Shown here one piece after another: positions 48,637-58,044 of a stretch of DNA of 64,000 nucleotides (its first letter is position 1; every line of letters begins with the position of its first letter). Source of the stretch: Spirochaetia bacterium (lineage in GTDB: Bacteria; Spirochaetota; Spirochaetia; WTKD01; G963693115); contig OZ244590.1 of assembly GCA_965218205.1 (NCBI GenBank), forward strand, positions 915,271-979,270, in the 5' to 3' direction. A program made the position numbers and the translations under genes. A model generated the notes under the pieces. It was not told the origin of the DNA and ran no database searches. It saw only the letters and a program-made list of their open reading frames with translations.

Positions 48637-51426
48637 GTGTTTTTAAAACGTATAGAACTGTTTGGTTTTAAGTCTTTTGCAGAAAAATGTACTATTGACT
48701 TTTCAGAAGATATTTCAGTAATTGTTGGTCCGAACGGCTGTGGTAAAAGTAATGTCGTTGATGCTATTCGTTGGGTCCTAGGAGCTCAGAATGCTAAAGC
48801 TATGCGAGCAGACAAGATGGCTTCGGTTATTTTTAATGGAAACAAAGACAGAGCGCCTCTGAGTGTAGCACAAGTAACATTAGTGGTATCTAATACCGAT
48901 AATGTGTTGCCTTTAGAGTTTAGTGAAGTAGCAATTAAGCGGAGAGTGTATCGAAACGGAAACAGTGAATATTACATAAACGATACACAAGTCAGTTTGA
49001 AAGAATTGAGGGCTGTATTTTATGATACTGGCATTTCGGTATCAGAATACTTAGTGCTTGAACAAGGGAAAATTGATCAAATTTTGTTAGCAAAGCCAGA
49101 AGATCGCCGTAAAATTCTTGAAGAAGCTGCTGGCATTTCTAAATTTAGAATAAGCAGTCAAGAAGGCATGCAGCGTCTTGAGAAAGTAGAAACAAATATC
49201 ACACAGCTTGAACAGGTATTTCATGAGGTAGTACAACGCTATGATACCTTAAAAGTACAGGTAGAAAAGGCAAAGCGTCACAAGCATCTAAAAGAGAGTG
49301 TTTTTCTCTGTAATGTTGCTATGTCATGTAAACAATATCATAGTTTAGAAAAAGAGTCAAGTAATATTGCAATAGGGATGCAAAAGAAACAACAGAAAAA
49401 GCAAGAAGCAGAGAAAGTACTGCAGTCACTCATTGAAAATGATGAGCAGATTGGCACTGAACTTAAAAAGCAAGAGAAAACAATCATTTCGCATCAGAAT
49501 GTTCTTATGGAAATGCAGGCAGAAAAGAGGGTACTACAGGGGCATATTAATTCTCTTGAAAAAAACAAAGAAGATCATAAAGTTCGTATTATTCATTTTG
49601 AACAACAAATGCAGCTGCAACAAAATCGTATTAAAGATATGCATGCTTCCTTAGAAGCATATCAGAAAGAAGTAAAGGAACAAGAGCGTTCTGTAAACAG
49701 CACAAAAAAGCAAATTGAACAATTACAGCAAAGGGAGAGTGATGCAAAAAACAGAATAGAATCACTAAAAGTAAAAAAAGAAACGCTCATACAAAAAGAA
49801 GCCGAAAGCAGAGATGCCATTGCAAAGTTACAAAAAGAGCTTCGTAAAGTGGTAGACACCTTAGCAGAAGAGTTAGACAAACACACAAGAGTAGGGCATT
49901 CTCTTTCTGTGCAAGATAAGAAACAGCAGGAGTTACAAGTGCAACTACAGCGTCTTGTACATAAAGCACAGGTCCTTACAGAAAAGATTTCTGACAGCTC
50001 TCTTGTTAAGGAAAACATGAACACAGCAGTGTTTTTAGAAGAGATGCGTGCCGTGTACGAACAAACAAAAAAAACACATGATGATTTTCTAGCATTCTGT
50101 TCTGTTCTGCCAAACTTTCTCTATGATTTTGTGAAAGAGGAGGGAGTGCTTTCCCGTAAGCACACTATTGATGACAGTATTCACAGAGAGCAGAGCAATC
50201 TCGCACAGAATGCTGATGAACAGCGTCTCATCAATGAAAGTTTGATAAAGCTCGACTCTGAGCGTGCATCTCTCGTAGAGACCATTCAGGATTGCAAAGT
50301 GAAACTGGGAACATACACGCAAGCACAAAAATATTCTCACGAGCAAATACAGAGAAGCAGCTTAGATATTAAGCAAGGAGATTCTCTCTTACAATCTATA
50401 CGAGGTCAGCATACAAGAGAAAAAGAATTGTTAGAGTCACTCTTAGTAGAAAAAGATACCTACAAAGAAAAGATTCAGAACATTACCGAAACAGAGAAGC
50501 AAACAAACAAGCAAATAGAAATAGTGCAATCTAAGATAGGCAGTCAAAGTGAGCATTTAATTGCGTTTAAGAATAAAATATCAAAACAAGAGGAGCTTAT
50601 TAGTTCCCTTCGTGATATGGTATATGATACTCAATCTAAAAAGGATAGGGTAGACATGAAGATGCAGTTATTAAAGGAAAATTTTTATTCTGCACATGGA
50701 GTACAGCTACACTCATATTTGGCAAAAGGCGAAAATATAGCTGGTATCAAAAAAGAACGTCAGCAATTAACAAAGGAGATTGAGCAGTACAAATCGGAGT
50801 TGCAAAAGCTAGGTTCTGTAAATTTGCTTGCTGCCGAAGAGTTTAGTGAAGTAGAGGAAAGAAGAAATTTTTTAGAAAAACAGCTTGATGACTTGAAAAA
50901 ATCGCAAGAGCATTTACAAACAGTGTTATCTGATATTCACATTGAATCTGAAAAAAAATTGAAAAAAGCGTATAATGAAGTAAGGAAAGAATTTTCGTCT
51001 TTATTTAGTAAAGTTATGGGGGGAGGAAAAGCAGATATTGTGTTTAGTGATGAAGCAAATATTCTTCAATCAGGATTAGAGATTATTGCTCAGCCAGGTA
51101 ACAAGAAAACGCAGATGTTATCTCAGCTATCAGGAGGGGAGCGGGCTATGACTGCCATTATTCTTATATTTGCTTTGTATACGGTAAAGCCCGCTCCTTT
51201 TTGTGTGCTAGACGAAATTGACGCTCCTTTGGACGATAGTAATATTGATAGGCTTGTTATGCTCTTAAAAAACTATGTGCAGAAGATTCAGTTTCTTATC
51301 ATCTCTCATAATAAACGAACTATTGTTCATGCAAAAAATATCATTGGCGTTACTATGGAAGAGATGGGAGTGAGCAGTTTAATACATGTAAGGGTAGATG
51401 ACGAAAAGAAAGATAAAAAGAAATAG
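48637..51426 (+). CDS. smc: chromosome segregation protein SMC
   Basis: 929 aa, GTG start (MFLKRIELFGFKSF). Walker A GPNGCGKSN, long coiled coils, signature LSGGE and Walker B FCVLDEIDAPLD. Confidence 0.9.
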   Translation: MFLKRIELFGFKSFAEKCTIDFSEDISVIVGPNGCGKSNVVDAIRWVLGAQNAKAMRADKMASVIFNGNKDRAPLSVAQVTLVVSNTDNVLPLEFSEVAIKRRVYRNGNSEYYINDTQVSLKELRAVFYDTGISVSEYLVLEQGKIDQILLAKPEDRRKILEEAAGISKFRISSQEGMQRLEKVETNITQLEQVFHEVVQRYDTLKVQVEKAKRHKHLKESVFLCNVAMSCKQYHSLEKESSNIAIGMQKKQQKKQEAEKVLQSLIENDEQIGTELKKQEKTIISHQNVLMEMQAEKRVLQGHINSLEKNKEDHKVRIIHFEQQMQLQQNRIKDMHASLEAYQKEVKEQERSVNSTKKQIEQLQQRESDAKNRIESLKVKKETLIQKEAESRDAIAKLQKELRKVVDTLAEELDKHTRVGHSLSVQDKKQQELQVQLQRLVHKAQVLTEKISDSSLVKENMNTAVFLEEMRAVYEQTKKTHDDFLAFCSVLPNFLYDFVKEEGVLSRKHTIDDSIHREQSNLAQNADEQRLINESLIKLDSERASLVETIQDCKVKLGTYTQAQKYSHEQIQRSSLDIKQGDSLLQSIRGQHTREKELLESLLVEKDTYKEKIQNITETEKQTNKQIEIVQSKIGSQSEHLIAFKNKISKQEELISSLRDMVYDTQSKKDRVDMKMQLLKENFYSAHGVQLHSYLAKGENIAGIKKERQQLTKEIEQYKSELQKLGSVNLLAAEEFSEVEERRNFLEKQLDDLKKSQEHLQTVLSDIHIESEKKLKKAYNEVRKEFSSLFSKVMGGGKADIVFSDEANILQSGLEIIAQPGNKKTQMLSQLSGGERAMTAIILIFALYTVKPAPFCVLDEIDAPLDDSNIDRLVMLLKNYVQKIQFLIISHNKRTIVHAKNIIGVTMEEMGVSSLIHVRVDDEKKDKKK

Positions 51427-51437
51427 GAGGGGTTCTA

Positions 51438-51830
51438 TTGCACTTTATAAGACATACTAAAAATTTTCATATAAGAGAAATTACTATTATGTGTACGCTC
51501 GTTGTGTTGTTCTTTTCATGTTCAAATGATGAAACACTTTCTACTAAGGAGAGCAGTGGCAATGCACCCATTTCTGAGCAGTCTGAGCAGCAGAAAGAAT
51601 ATACTGCTGTTCCTAATACCACAGACTTAGAGCCACGCTATTATGTTCCTTCTGACTATGATATTCTCAATGCTCCTCCTGCCAGTGTTATTGAGTACTT
51701 ACAACAGCATAGGAAGGATGTAGATACTATCCTTAAAGAATTGGATATAGATGTCGAAGAAGAAATAGGGAAGTACTTACAAGAAGAATATGAGTCTACA
51801 AAAGACGAGATATTTTCTCGTGTTCCCTAA
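51438..51830 (+). CDS. hypothetical lipoprotein
   Basis: 130 aa. TTG start 7 nt after GGAGG. Lipobox-like ...VVLFFSCSN. No family recognised. Confidence 0.5.
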   Translation: MHFIRHTKNFHIREITIMCTLVVLFFSCSNDETLSTKESSGNAPISEQSEQQKEYTAVPNTTDLEPRYYVPSDYDILNAPPASVIEYLQQHRKDVDTILKELDIDVEEEIGKYLQEEYESTKDEIFSRVP

Positions 51831-51882
51831 TATTACAGCATATACTATAATGCTATGTTTGTGTTAAATAGCGTATTATTCT

Positions 51883-53274
51883 ATGAGAAAGTGTTATTGT
51901 ATTAGTGTTATAATATATACACTACTATCTGCTACTGTGTATGCAGAGATACTCAATGTAGGAATAGAAAGAGTTTCGGCTCCCATGTTTTCAAAAATTT
52001 CTATCACCTTAAAAGGCGATGCTTGGATTCTTGATGCAGGCAAGTCTCAATTTAGTAGCACCAATACAGGAAGCACATCCATTATATCTCTGTTAGAAAT
52101 TGAAGAAAAAGAGCAGAGTACACGTTTTGTAGTGTTGCGTACAGAGATGGCAACAGACACGCTTGTTTTTTCTCGCAATGATCTACAGACAGGACAGCAG
52201 TATACCTACAGCATTATAATACAGTGGCTAGATATTGATGCTGATATTTTTTCTGATATGGGTATCAATGCTTACACAACAGGAGAAAGTACAGGTACAA
52301 ATGAAAGCAACGATAATGAGCGTGTAAAAAGCCCTTATACTCCTTATACAAAGAATGTCTACAAGAATACGCAAAGTGCAAGCACGCCTGATAATAGCAT
52401 ACAGGGTACAGAGCCATCATCACAAGATTCACAAGAATCAGTGCAGGAGGTAGCATTATTTTCGGATGCCACTATTACAGTAAGCTATGTTTCTTTTGTG
52501 GAGTCATTACTAGATAGACAACAGGGTACACAGCCGAACATACAGCCAAATACACAAAGCAGTACTAGGAGAGAGCAAGGCATCATACTGGGAGACAGCA
52601 CTGAGAGTGCTAATGCACAGAGTAACAGCACAGACAGTAACAGCCATATGACTACGCAAGAGCAGGAGCTTGTATCAGAACAAGCACAGGAGCAAGCTAC
52701 TGTGCAACAAGACACCGTGCGTACACAAGCAGAACAGTCTGCTATAGAGTCTGCTACAGAGAATAGGGCGACATCTGTACAGCAAGACAATACACAACAG
52801 CAAGACATTCAGCAGACCAGCTCAGCTACGGACGAGATTGCCTTATCCATTGATAGCCGTGAGCAATCAATACAGCAAGACAGAGCCGACAGTCAAAACA
52901 ATAGTCAAAACAAAAGTCAAGACAGCACTATGAGTACGAGTACTGATGCTAGCACCAGCAGTATGAGTTTGCAAGATCTACAGACACAGATGAAAGCACT
53001 GTGGAACAAGGGCAACAAGCAAGAGGCAGAAGCATTGGTAGTATCGTGGGTACAGAGCAATAAAAACTATAGTAACAAAAAATACAGCGAAGAAGCAGAA
53101 GCCTACTATATGCTTGCCACTATGTACGAAAACACTGCCACTGAGATAGCTGATATTAGGAAAGCCATAGATTTTTATACTATCATACATACGCAATATA
53201 TTCTCAGTCAGTACTATGAACTAGCACAGCAACACATAGAAAAATTACAAAATACCTATATATTTATTCGATAG
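51883..53274 (+). CDS. hypothetical secreted protein with Q/S/T-rich low-complexity centre and TPR-like C-terminus
   Basis: 463 aa with an N-terminal signal peptide (...LLSATVYAEI). The long Q-rich region reads ...QEQATVQQDTVRTQAEQSAI.... The helical C-terminal end reads ...EAEAYYMLATMYEN.... Confidence 0.5.
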   Translation: MRKCYCISVIIYTLLSATVYAEILNVGIERVSAPMFSKISITLKGDAWILDAGKSQFSSTNTGSTSIISLLEIEEKEQSTRFVVLRTEMATDTLVFSRNDLQTGQQYTYSIIIQWLDIDADIFSDMGINAYTTGESTGTNESNDNERVKSPYTPYTKNVYKNTQSASTPDNSIQGTEPSSQDSQESVQEVALFSDATITVSYVSFVESLLDRQQGTQPNIQPNTQSSTRREQGIILGDSTESANAQSNSTDSNSHMTTQEQELVSEQAQEQATVQQDTVRTQAEQSAIESATENRATSVQQDNTQQQDIQQTSSATDEIALSIDSREQSIQQDRADSQNNSQNKSQDSTMSTSTDASTSSMSLQDLQTQMKALWNKGNKQEAEALVVSWVQSNKNYSNKKYSEEAEAYYMLATMYENTATEIADIRKAIDFYTIIHTQYILSQYYELAQQHIEKLQNTYIFIR

Positions 53275-53354
53275 AGTGTGGGGTAAGACTTCTGTTTAAG
53301 AAAAAAAAGAAATATTTCATACTCTCTATTGATTCTGGTGGCTTTGGCTCTCTC

Positions 53355-54368
53355 TTGCCAGTGCTTATACTAGAAAAACTACAAGAAGAGTTGCGTATGC
53401 AAGGCTCTTCAAAGTCATTGACTCAGTGCTTTGACATGATTGTCGGAACTGGCTCAGGCTCAATTACCGCAGCAACGCTTTTTTGTATGGACGATGCAAA
53501 AGGACAATTACGCGGAAAAGAATCAAAAATATACAATACTGTCCATGCCATGAGCGAGCATTATTTTGATCCTCTGGAGCATTATTTTTTTAGAAACACT
53601 CAGAACATTGAAGCCACTCTTTCAATAAAGCAACGCTACTTAACGCACGAGCTAGCAAAGATATTTGCACAGAAAGGATTGCTTGCTATGCTCAGTGCGT
53701 CCCTCTGTGTGCCAGTACTGGACAGTACTACCTACAGTACCTGCATGCTTTCAGGCGATACAAACTATACACTATCACTGTATGATGCCTTAGTGCTTGC
53801 AAACCAGTATTTCTTTGTCCCCGAAAGCTATGCCTTTCATAGCACCGAACAACACATACACATACCACAAGGAGCAAAGCAGGAACATGAGGGAAATGCC
53901 ACTCTCAAGTCCTCACAGCTTATCAATGCTTCATTGACTGCACGTAATCCCACATTACTGGCATATCATTATGCACAGAAAGAGCAAGCCATAAACACGC
54001 AGTACTATGTACTATCCTTAGGCACAGGAATGTTTCCTCCAATATACCCCGTGTTTGATATAGAACAGCATATGTCATATCTCAGTATTCAATCGCACAA
54101 TGCTATGCTACAGCAGAATATACAATCTATCCCTAACATACAGTACTATCGTATTGATGGCACTGTATCAGCAGAACAAGTAGCACAAAAAGGCAGTACT
54201 TACGAAAGCAGTCAACAAAAAGATATATACAACATAAGCAATATTTCCCCGTTGGAAAAGAAAGAATATATGCTACAGGTGTTTGAGAAAACAGGCATCC
54301 GTCTTGTTCACAAAGCCATCCCCATACTCAGAGATTTTGTCAATACACTCATGAGGGAGAGAGGGTAG
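53355..54368 (+). CDS. patatin-like protein with degenerate catalytic motifs; true 5' end upstream of the track start and lacking a canonical start codon (possible pseudogene/pseudoenzyme)
   Basis: The frame is open from 53220. The upstream in-frame sequence encodes KKKKKYFILSIDSGGFGSL, a patatin glycine-rich box. GTGSGS replaces GxSxG and LINASL...NPT replaces DGG...NP. Confidence 0.55.
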   Translation: MPVLILEKLQEELRMQGSSKSLTQCFDMIVGTGSGSITAATLFCMDDAKGQLRGKESKIYNTVHAMSEHYFDPLEHYFFRNTQNIEATLSIKQRYLTHELAKIFAQKGLLAMLSASLCVPVLDSTTYSTCMLSGDTNYTLSLYDALVLANQYFFVPESYAFHSTEQHIHIPQGAKQEHEGNATLKSSQLINASLTARNPTLLAYHYAQKEQAINTQYYVLSLGTGMFPPIYPVFDIEQHMSYLSIQSHNAMLQQNIQSIPNIQYYRIDGTVSAEQVAQKGSTYESSQQKDIYNISNISPLEKKEYMLQVFEKTGIRLVHKAIPILRDFVNTLMRERG

Positions 54369-56688
54369 GTGTTTGTTGCTGGTTATTGTCGATAGCTTCT
54401 TTGAACTTTGCTTGGATTTTTTCTAAATCTTGATTTGCTTGATTGAGTATTTTATCACTAGTGTTTTTTATAAGTTTTGTAATAGCTTCTTGAGCTCTCT
54501 TAATAAAAGTTTGTTCTTCTAAAAGATAATCTTTCATTTTTTCATTAATCTGGTTCATTCCGTATCGTATTTTTAATGCTGATGTAAAATTTACTATTTC
54601 TTGTGGAGATATTTTATGATATATTGAATAGAATATCTTATATATCATGTCACGTATCATAGGCGTAAACTTACCATTTTTTGTTACGTGATAGTCAATA
54701 GTATGAGCATTATTGTAGTGAGTTTGTATAGATTCATTATAATCGCTTTTTAAACTATCATCTATAAATTTATTATTTCTACCTCTAACTTTTTCCCAAT
54801 GTTCTTGGTTTGTAATATAAGCGAAAACTGGTATGTCAAAGAATTCTTCTTCAGGTTTTATCATTGCACAAAGCTTTTTGAAATGATAATCATTGAAGTC
54901 GTTTATAAAATAACTATAAAATTTATCAAGTGTAGCATTATCTTTGCTTTCTTTTATTATGGATTTCAAGTTATTCATTTGAGATGAATCATTTTCATGA
55001 GGCAGATGAATATATGTATTTCTAATAGTATCTGTAATAGTAGGTATAATACTACTTATATCTATATCTTGTATAGTGTCATTTTCTGATAAAAAAGTTT
55101 CTATAATCTCAAAAGAGTGTAATAATTCCCTAGCGTTTTTTATTTTACCTTTTTCTATATCAGATACACACTGTTTGATTTCATTTTGAATCTGCAGCTT
55201 TAATTTTTTACTGTCTGATTCTACTAGTGCTTTTTGTAAATTTCTAAATATTGTTGATTCTCTTTCTTGTTGTTCTTGCACCTTTTTAAAGATACTCTGT
55301 AATTCCTCAGAATCAGATGGGAGATATTTATGTAATATGATCATATCATACCAATTAAAATCATGTATAATATGTGATTCATAATAAAAAAGTGATTTTT
55401 TATTTTCAGATCCATAAAGAAAAGCATTGATATTTTCAATCCAATTATCCTTAGTCATCTCACCATCTTTTTCTTTGAGAAAAAGAAAAAAATACACACA
55501 AATAATATGCCCAAATTCTGTAATATTTCCTTTGTAAATATGAGGCAATGAATCATATCTCTGTTCTAAGAATTCAGTCATTCCTTCTGGAAATTGCTTT
55601 AAGAAATGAGGAAAATCAACAATGGCTTGTCGTAGACTTCTAAGGTTATTAGCTCCAATTTTGTCATATATTTCAAAAATTAGTTTTTTGTATTCTTTGA
55701 ATATGCTCTTTGTTTTTTCATCATCAACTAACTCAGTAAATGACATAAAAGCATCATCTCTTTTAGCCTTTAACTTAAAAGTTGCTCCAATAATTTTTTC
55801 TTTGTATTTTTTTGCATGTTCTTCTTCTATACTCTCAAATAGCTTTTCTTCATGGGAAAGCAGTACTACTTTTTGCTTTTGATGTTCAACAAAACTGTTA
55901 ATGTACCCAAATAGCTCTTGATGAGGAATATGACAACGCTCAATATCATCAAAAATCATTATCTTACTGTTCTGTTTATTTTTACCAAATTTCCTTTTCA
56001 TCTTTTTTATCGCTTTAGAAAAATCTTTATTAAACACATTATCATTAATAAAAGGGATAATTCTCATTGTCCCTAGTGTAACATCTGCTATGATACTTCC
56101 TGTATTTTCTTCTTGAAAAAATGGACGCAACATCTTCTGAAAAATTTCGGCATCTATCTCTGTAGTATCCTTCATTCCGTAAAGGCTAATATACAGAAAT
56201 GGATCAATTTTCTCTTGCTTTATCTTCTTTTCTTCTTGCTCTGTTCGGCTTCTAAATTGAATTTTCACTGCCATCTTTTTTTGTTTCGTATCATACTTTA
56301 TACTTTTGAGTAAGTTGCCTATGAAGAGTAAGCCACCTGCTATAAGGAGTAAGTTGTTTATATGGAATAAATCACCTATAAAGAGTAAACCATCTGTTAT
56401 AAGGAGTAAGCTACTTATAATTATAGAGAGTAAGCTGATTATCAAGAGTCTTTCTATAAAGACTGTTTGTTTTTTTGATTTCATCAACTTTTCTTCTTTT
56501 TCTTGTTCTGCTAGCTTTTTTTCATACTCCCTCATAACTTTTTCCATAAAAAAAGTCTTCCCACAGCCCCACTCACCAGAGAGCATGACTGCGTAAAGAG
56601 GAGCTTCTAATTGAAAGTAATGATCTGTGAGATATTTTGATATATGAATGTTTTTATCTTCATCTTTGTTTTCGTTTTCATCACTCAT
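54349..56688 (-). CDS. KAP-family P-loop NTPase with membrane hairpin inserted in the NTPase domain (Tmn-like single-gene defence candidate)
   Basis: 779 aa from ATG 56688. Walker A GEWGCGKTF, two TM segments (LLLITDGLLFIGDLF / LLLIAGGLLFIGNLL) and Walker B IMIFDDIERC. The track start 56739 lies inside the tRNA and is rejected. Confidence 0.8.
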   Translation of the reverse strand: MSDENENKDEDKNIHISKYLTDHYFQLEAPLYAVMLSGEWGCGKTFFMEKVMREYEKKLAEQEKEEKLMKSKKQTVFIERLLIISLLSIIISSLLLITDGLLFIGDLFHINNLLLIAGGLLFIGNLLKSIKYDTKQKKMAVKIQFRSRTEQEEKKIKQEKIDPFLYISLYGMKDTTEIDAEIFQKMLRPFFQEENTGSIIADVTLGTMRIIPFINDNVFNKDFSKAIKKMKRKFGKNKQNSKIMIFDDIERCHIPHQELFGYINSFVEHQKQKVVLLSHEEKLFESIEEEHAKKYKEKIIGATFKLKAKRDDAFMSFTELVDDEKTKSIFKEYKKLIFEIYDKIGANNLRSLRQAIVDFPHFLKQFPEGMTEFLEQRYDSLPHIYKGNITEFGHIICVYFFLFLKEKDGEMTKDNWIENINAFLYGSENKKSLFYYESHIIHDFNWYDMIILHKYLPSDSEELQSIFKKVQEQQERESTIFRNLQKALVESDSKKLKLQIQNEIKQCVSDIEKGKIKNARELLHSFEIIETFLSENDTIQDIDISSIIPTITDTIRNTYIHLPHENDSSQMNNLKSIIKESKDNATLDKFYSYFINDFNDYHFKKLCAMIKPEEEFFDIPVFAYITNQEHWEKVRGRNNKFIDDSLKSDYNESIQTHYNNAHTIDYHVTKNGKFTPMIRDMIYKIFYSIYHKISPQEIVNFTSALKIRYGMNQINEKMKDYLLEEQTFIKRAQEAITKLIKNTSDKILNQANQDLEKIQAKFKEAIDNNQQQTPTLSPS

Positions 56689-56709
56689 ATGCGAACTAAT
56701 ATGAAAATA

Positions 56710-56782
56710 CTCCCCCGGCTGGACTCGAACCAACGACATGGTGGTTAACAGCCACCCGCTCTACCAACTGAGCTACAGGGGA
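56710..56782 (-). tRNA. tRNA-Asn (anticodon GTT), CCA not encoded
   Basis: The reverse complement folds as a cloverleaf: acceptor TCCCCTG/CGGGGGA, D arm GCTC-AGTTGGTA-GAGC, anticodon arm GGTGG-CTGTTAA-CCACC, variable ATGTC, T arm GTTGG-TTCGAGT-CCAGC, discriminator G. 73 nt. Confidence 0.9.
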
Positions 56783-56854
56783 ATATTGTATATATCATAA
56801 CAAAGAGATAATTATATGTCAAGCCCACTGTAACGAAAATGCGGATTAAAGGAC

Positions 56855-56875
56855 TAAGTGCGACAGCAAAGGCTT
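56855..56875 (+). repeat. left copy of imperfect direct repeat TAAGTGCGACAGCAAAGGCTT bounding the MTase/DUF262-HNH cassette
   Basis: 19/21 identity with 59145-59165. The similarity extends to about 26/31 leftwards. After a 7-nt indel it continues through GATAAAAA. Confidence 0.6.
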
Positions 56876-57039
56876 CAGCAAGGATAAAAAAAAATGATTA
56901 TAGTATATACTATTATTATATATAGGTATGTGAGAAAGATTTAATAAATATGGTGCTAAAACTACTGAAGTAGTTAGCTTTATGAAAGTAGTCTTTCTAG
57001 TGTTTATAAATAGCCAATATAAAGGTAGTAAAAAATGTA

Positions 57040-58044
57040 ATGGGTACTAAGCAAACATTATTTAAAGCACATAAAACAAAAGATGATGAATATTATACTC
57101 TCTATGAAGATATTTCATCAGAAGTAACTCAATATAAAAATCAACTGAAAGGAAAAAGAATAATTTGCCCTTGTGATTGGGATCAAAGCCACGATGAAAT
57201 TCTTGTATATAAAAGTGAATATGAAGTAACAGGAACTGACTTATTTAGTGAAAAAGGAAGTATCAAAGAAATTGATATAAAAAAAACAAAAGAATGTATT
57301 ACTCTTGATTTAGATTTAGTAAAGTGTAATTTTGTAAAGTTTTTAATAGCTCACGCAGAAGATTATGAAATACAATCTATATCTGTCAGTGGGTATGATC
57401 CTAAAGAACCAAAAGGAGTACGATTCCAAGATATAGATTATTCTAAGTATGATTTAGTAATAACTAATCCTCCTTTCAGTCAATTTAGAGAATTTATAGA
57501 TACAATGTTTAAGAATAATCTAAAATTTCTTGTTATTTGCCCTATAACAGCTCTGACATATAAAGAGGTTTTCCAATATATTAAGAATAATCAATTATGG
57601 TTAGGATATGCCTCTCAGCTATCTGGGTTTAGATTAGCTGATGGAACTACTATATATTCAAAAGATAAAGAAGGCTCTGTACCAAGAGCATGTAAATGGT
57701 GTACTAATTTAGATGTATCATACAGGCATGACAAATTGATACTAACAGAAAAATATAGTCCCGAAAAATATCCTAATTATTATAATTATGATGGTATTGA
57801 AGTATCAGAAACAAGAAAAATTCCTTATGATTTTAATGGTAGTATGGGAGTTCCTGTAACTTTTTTAAGTAAGTATAATCCTGAACAGTTTGAGATAATA
57901 GACAAAGGAGTACAAGCAGAAAAGACAAAAAGATTTAAGGGTGATAAAGCAACTTTATGGACAGAAAAAGATGGGAAACCAGATAAAGCACCTTTTGAAA
58001 GAATACTGATAAGAAACAAAGAGGTGGAAAAAGATGAAGATTAA
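57040..58044 (+). CDS. EcoRI-methylase-family adenine-specific DNA methyltransferase
   Basis: 334 aa. Family-typical N-terminus KTKDDEYYTLYEDI...YKNQLKGKRIICPCD and catalytic block DLVITNPPFSQFREFIDTMF...KFLVICPITALTYKEVFQYIKNNQLWLGY. Confidence 0.8.
   Translation: MGTKQTLFKAHKTKDDEYYTLYEDISSEVTQYKNQLKGKRIICPCDWDQSHDEILVYKSEYEVTGTDLFSEKGSIKEIDIKKTKECITLDLDLVKCNFVKFLIAHAEDYEIQSISVSGYDPKEPKGVRFQDIDYSKYDLVITNPPFSQFREFIDTMFKNNLKFLVICPITALTYKEVFQYIKNNQLWLGYASQLSGFRLADGTTIYSKDKEGSVPRACKWCTNLDVSYRHDKLILTEKYSPEKYPNYYNYDGIEVSETRKIPYDFNGSMGVPVTFLSKYNPEQFEIIDKGVQAEKTKRFKGDKATLWTEKDGKPDKAPFERILIRNKEVEKDED

Noticed and set aside
56689-56739. Upstream start (56739) for the KAP NTPase ORF.
   Set aside because: The first 10 codons would be encoded inside the tRNA-Asn gene (56710-56782). 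ATG 56688 is the first start outside the tRNA.
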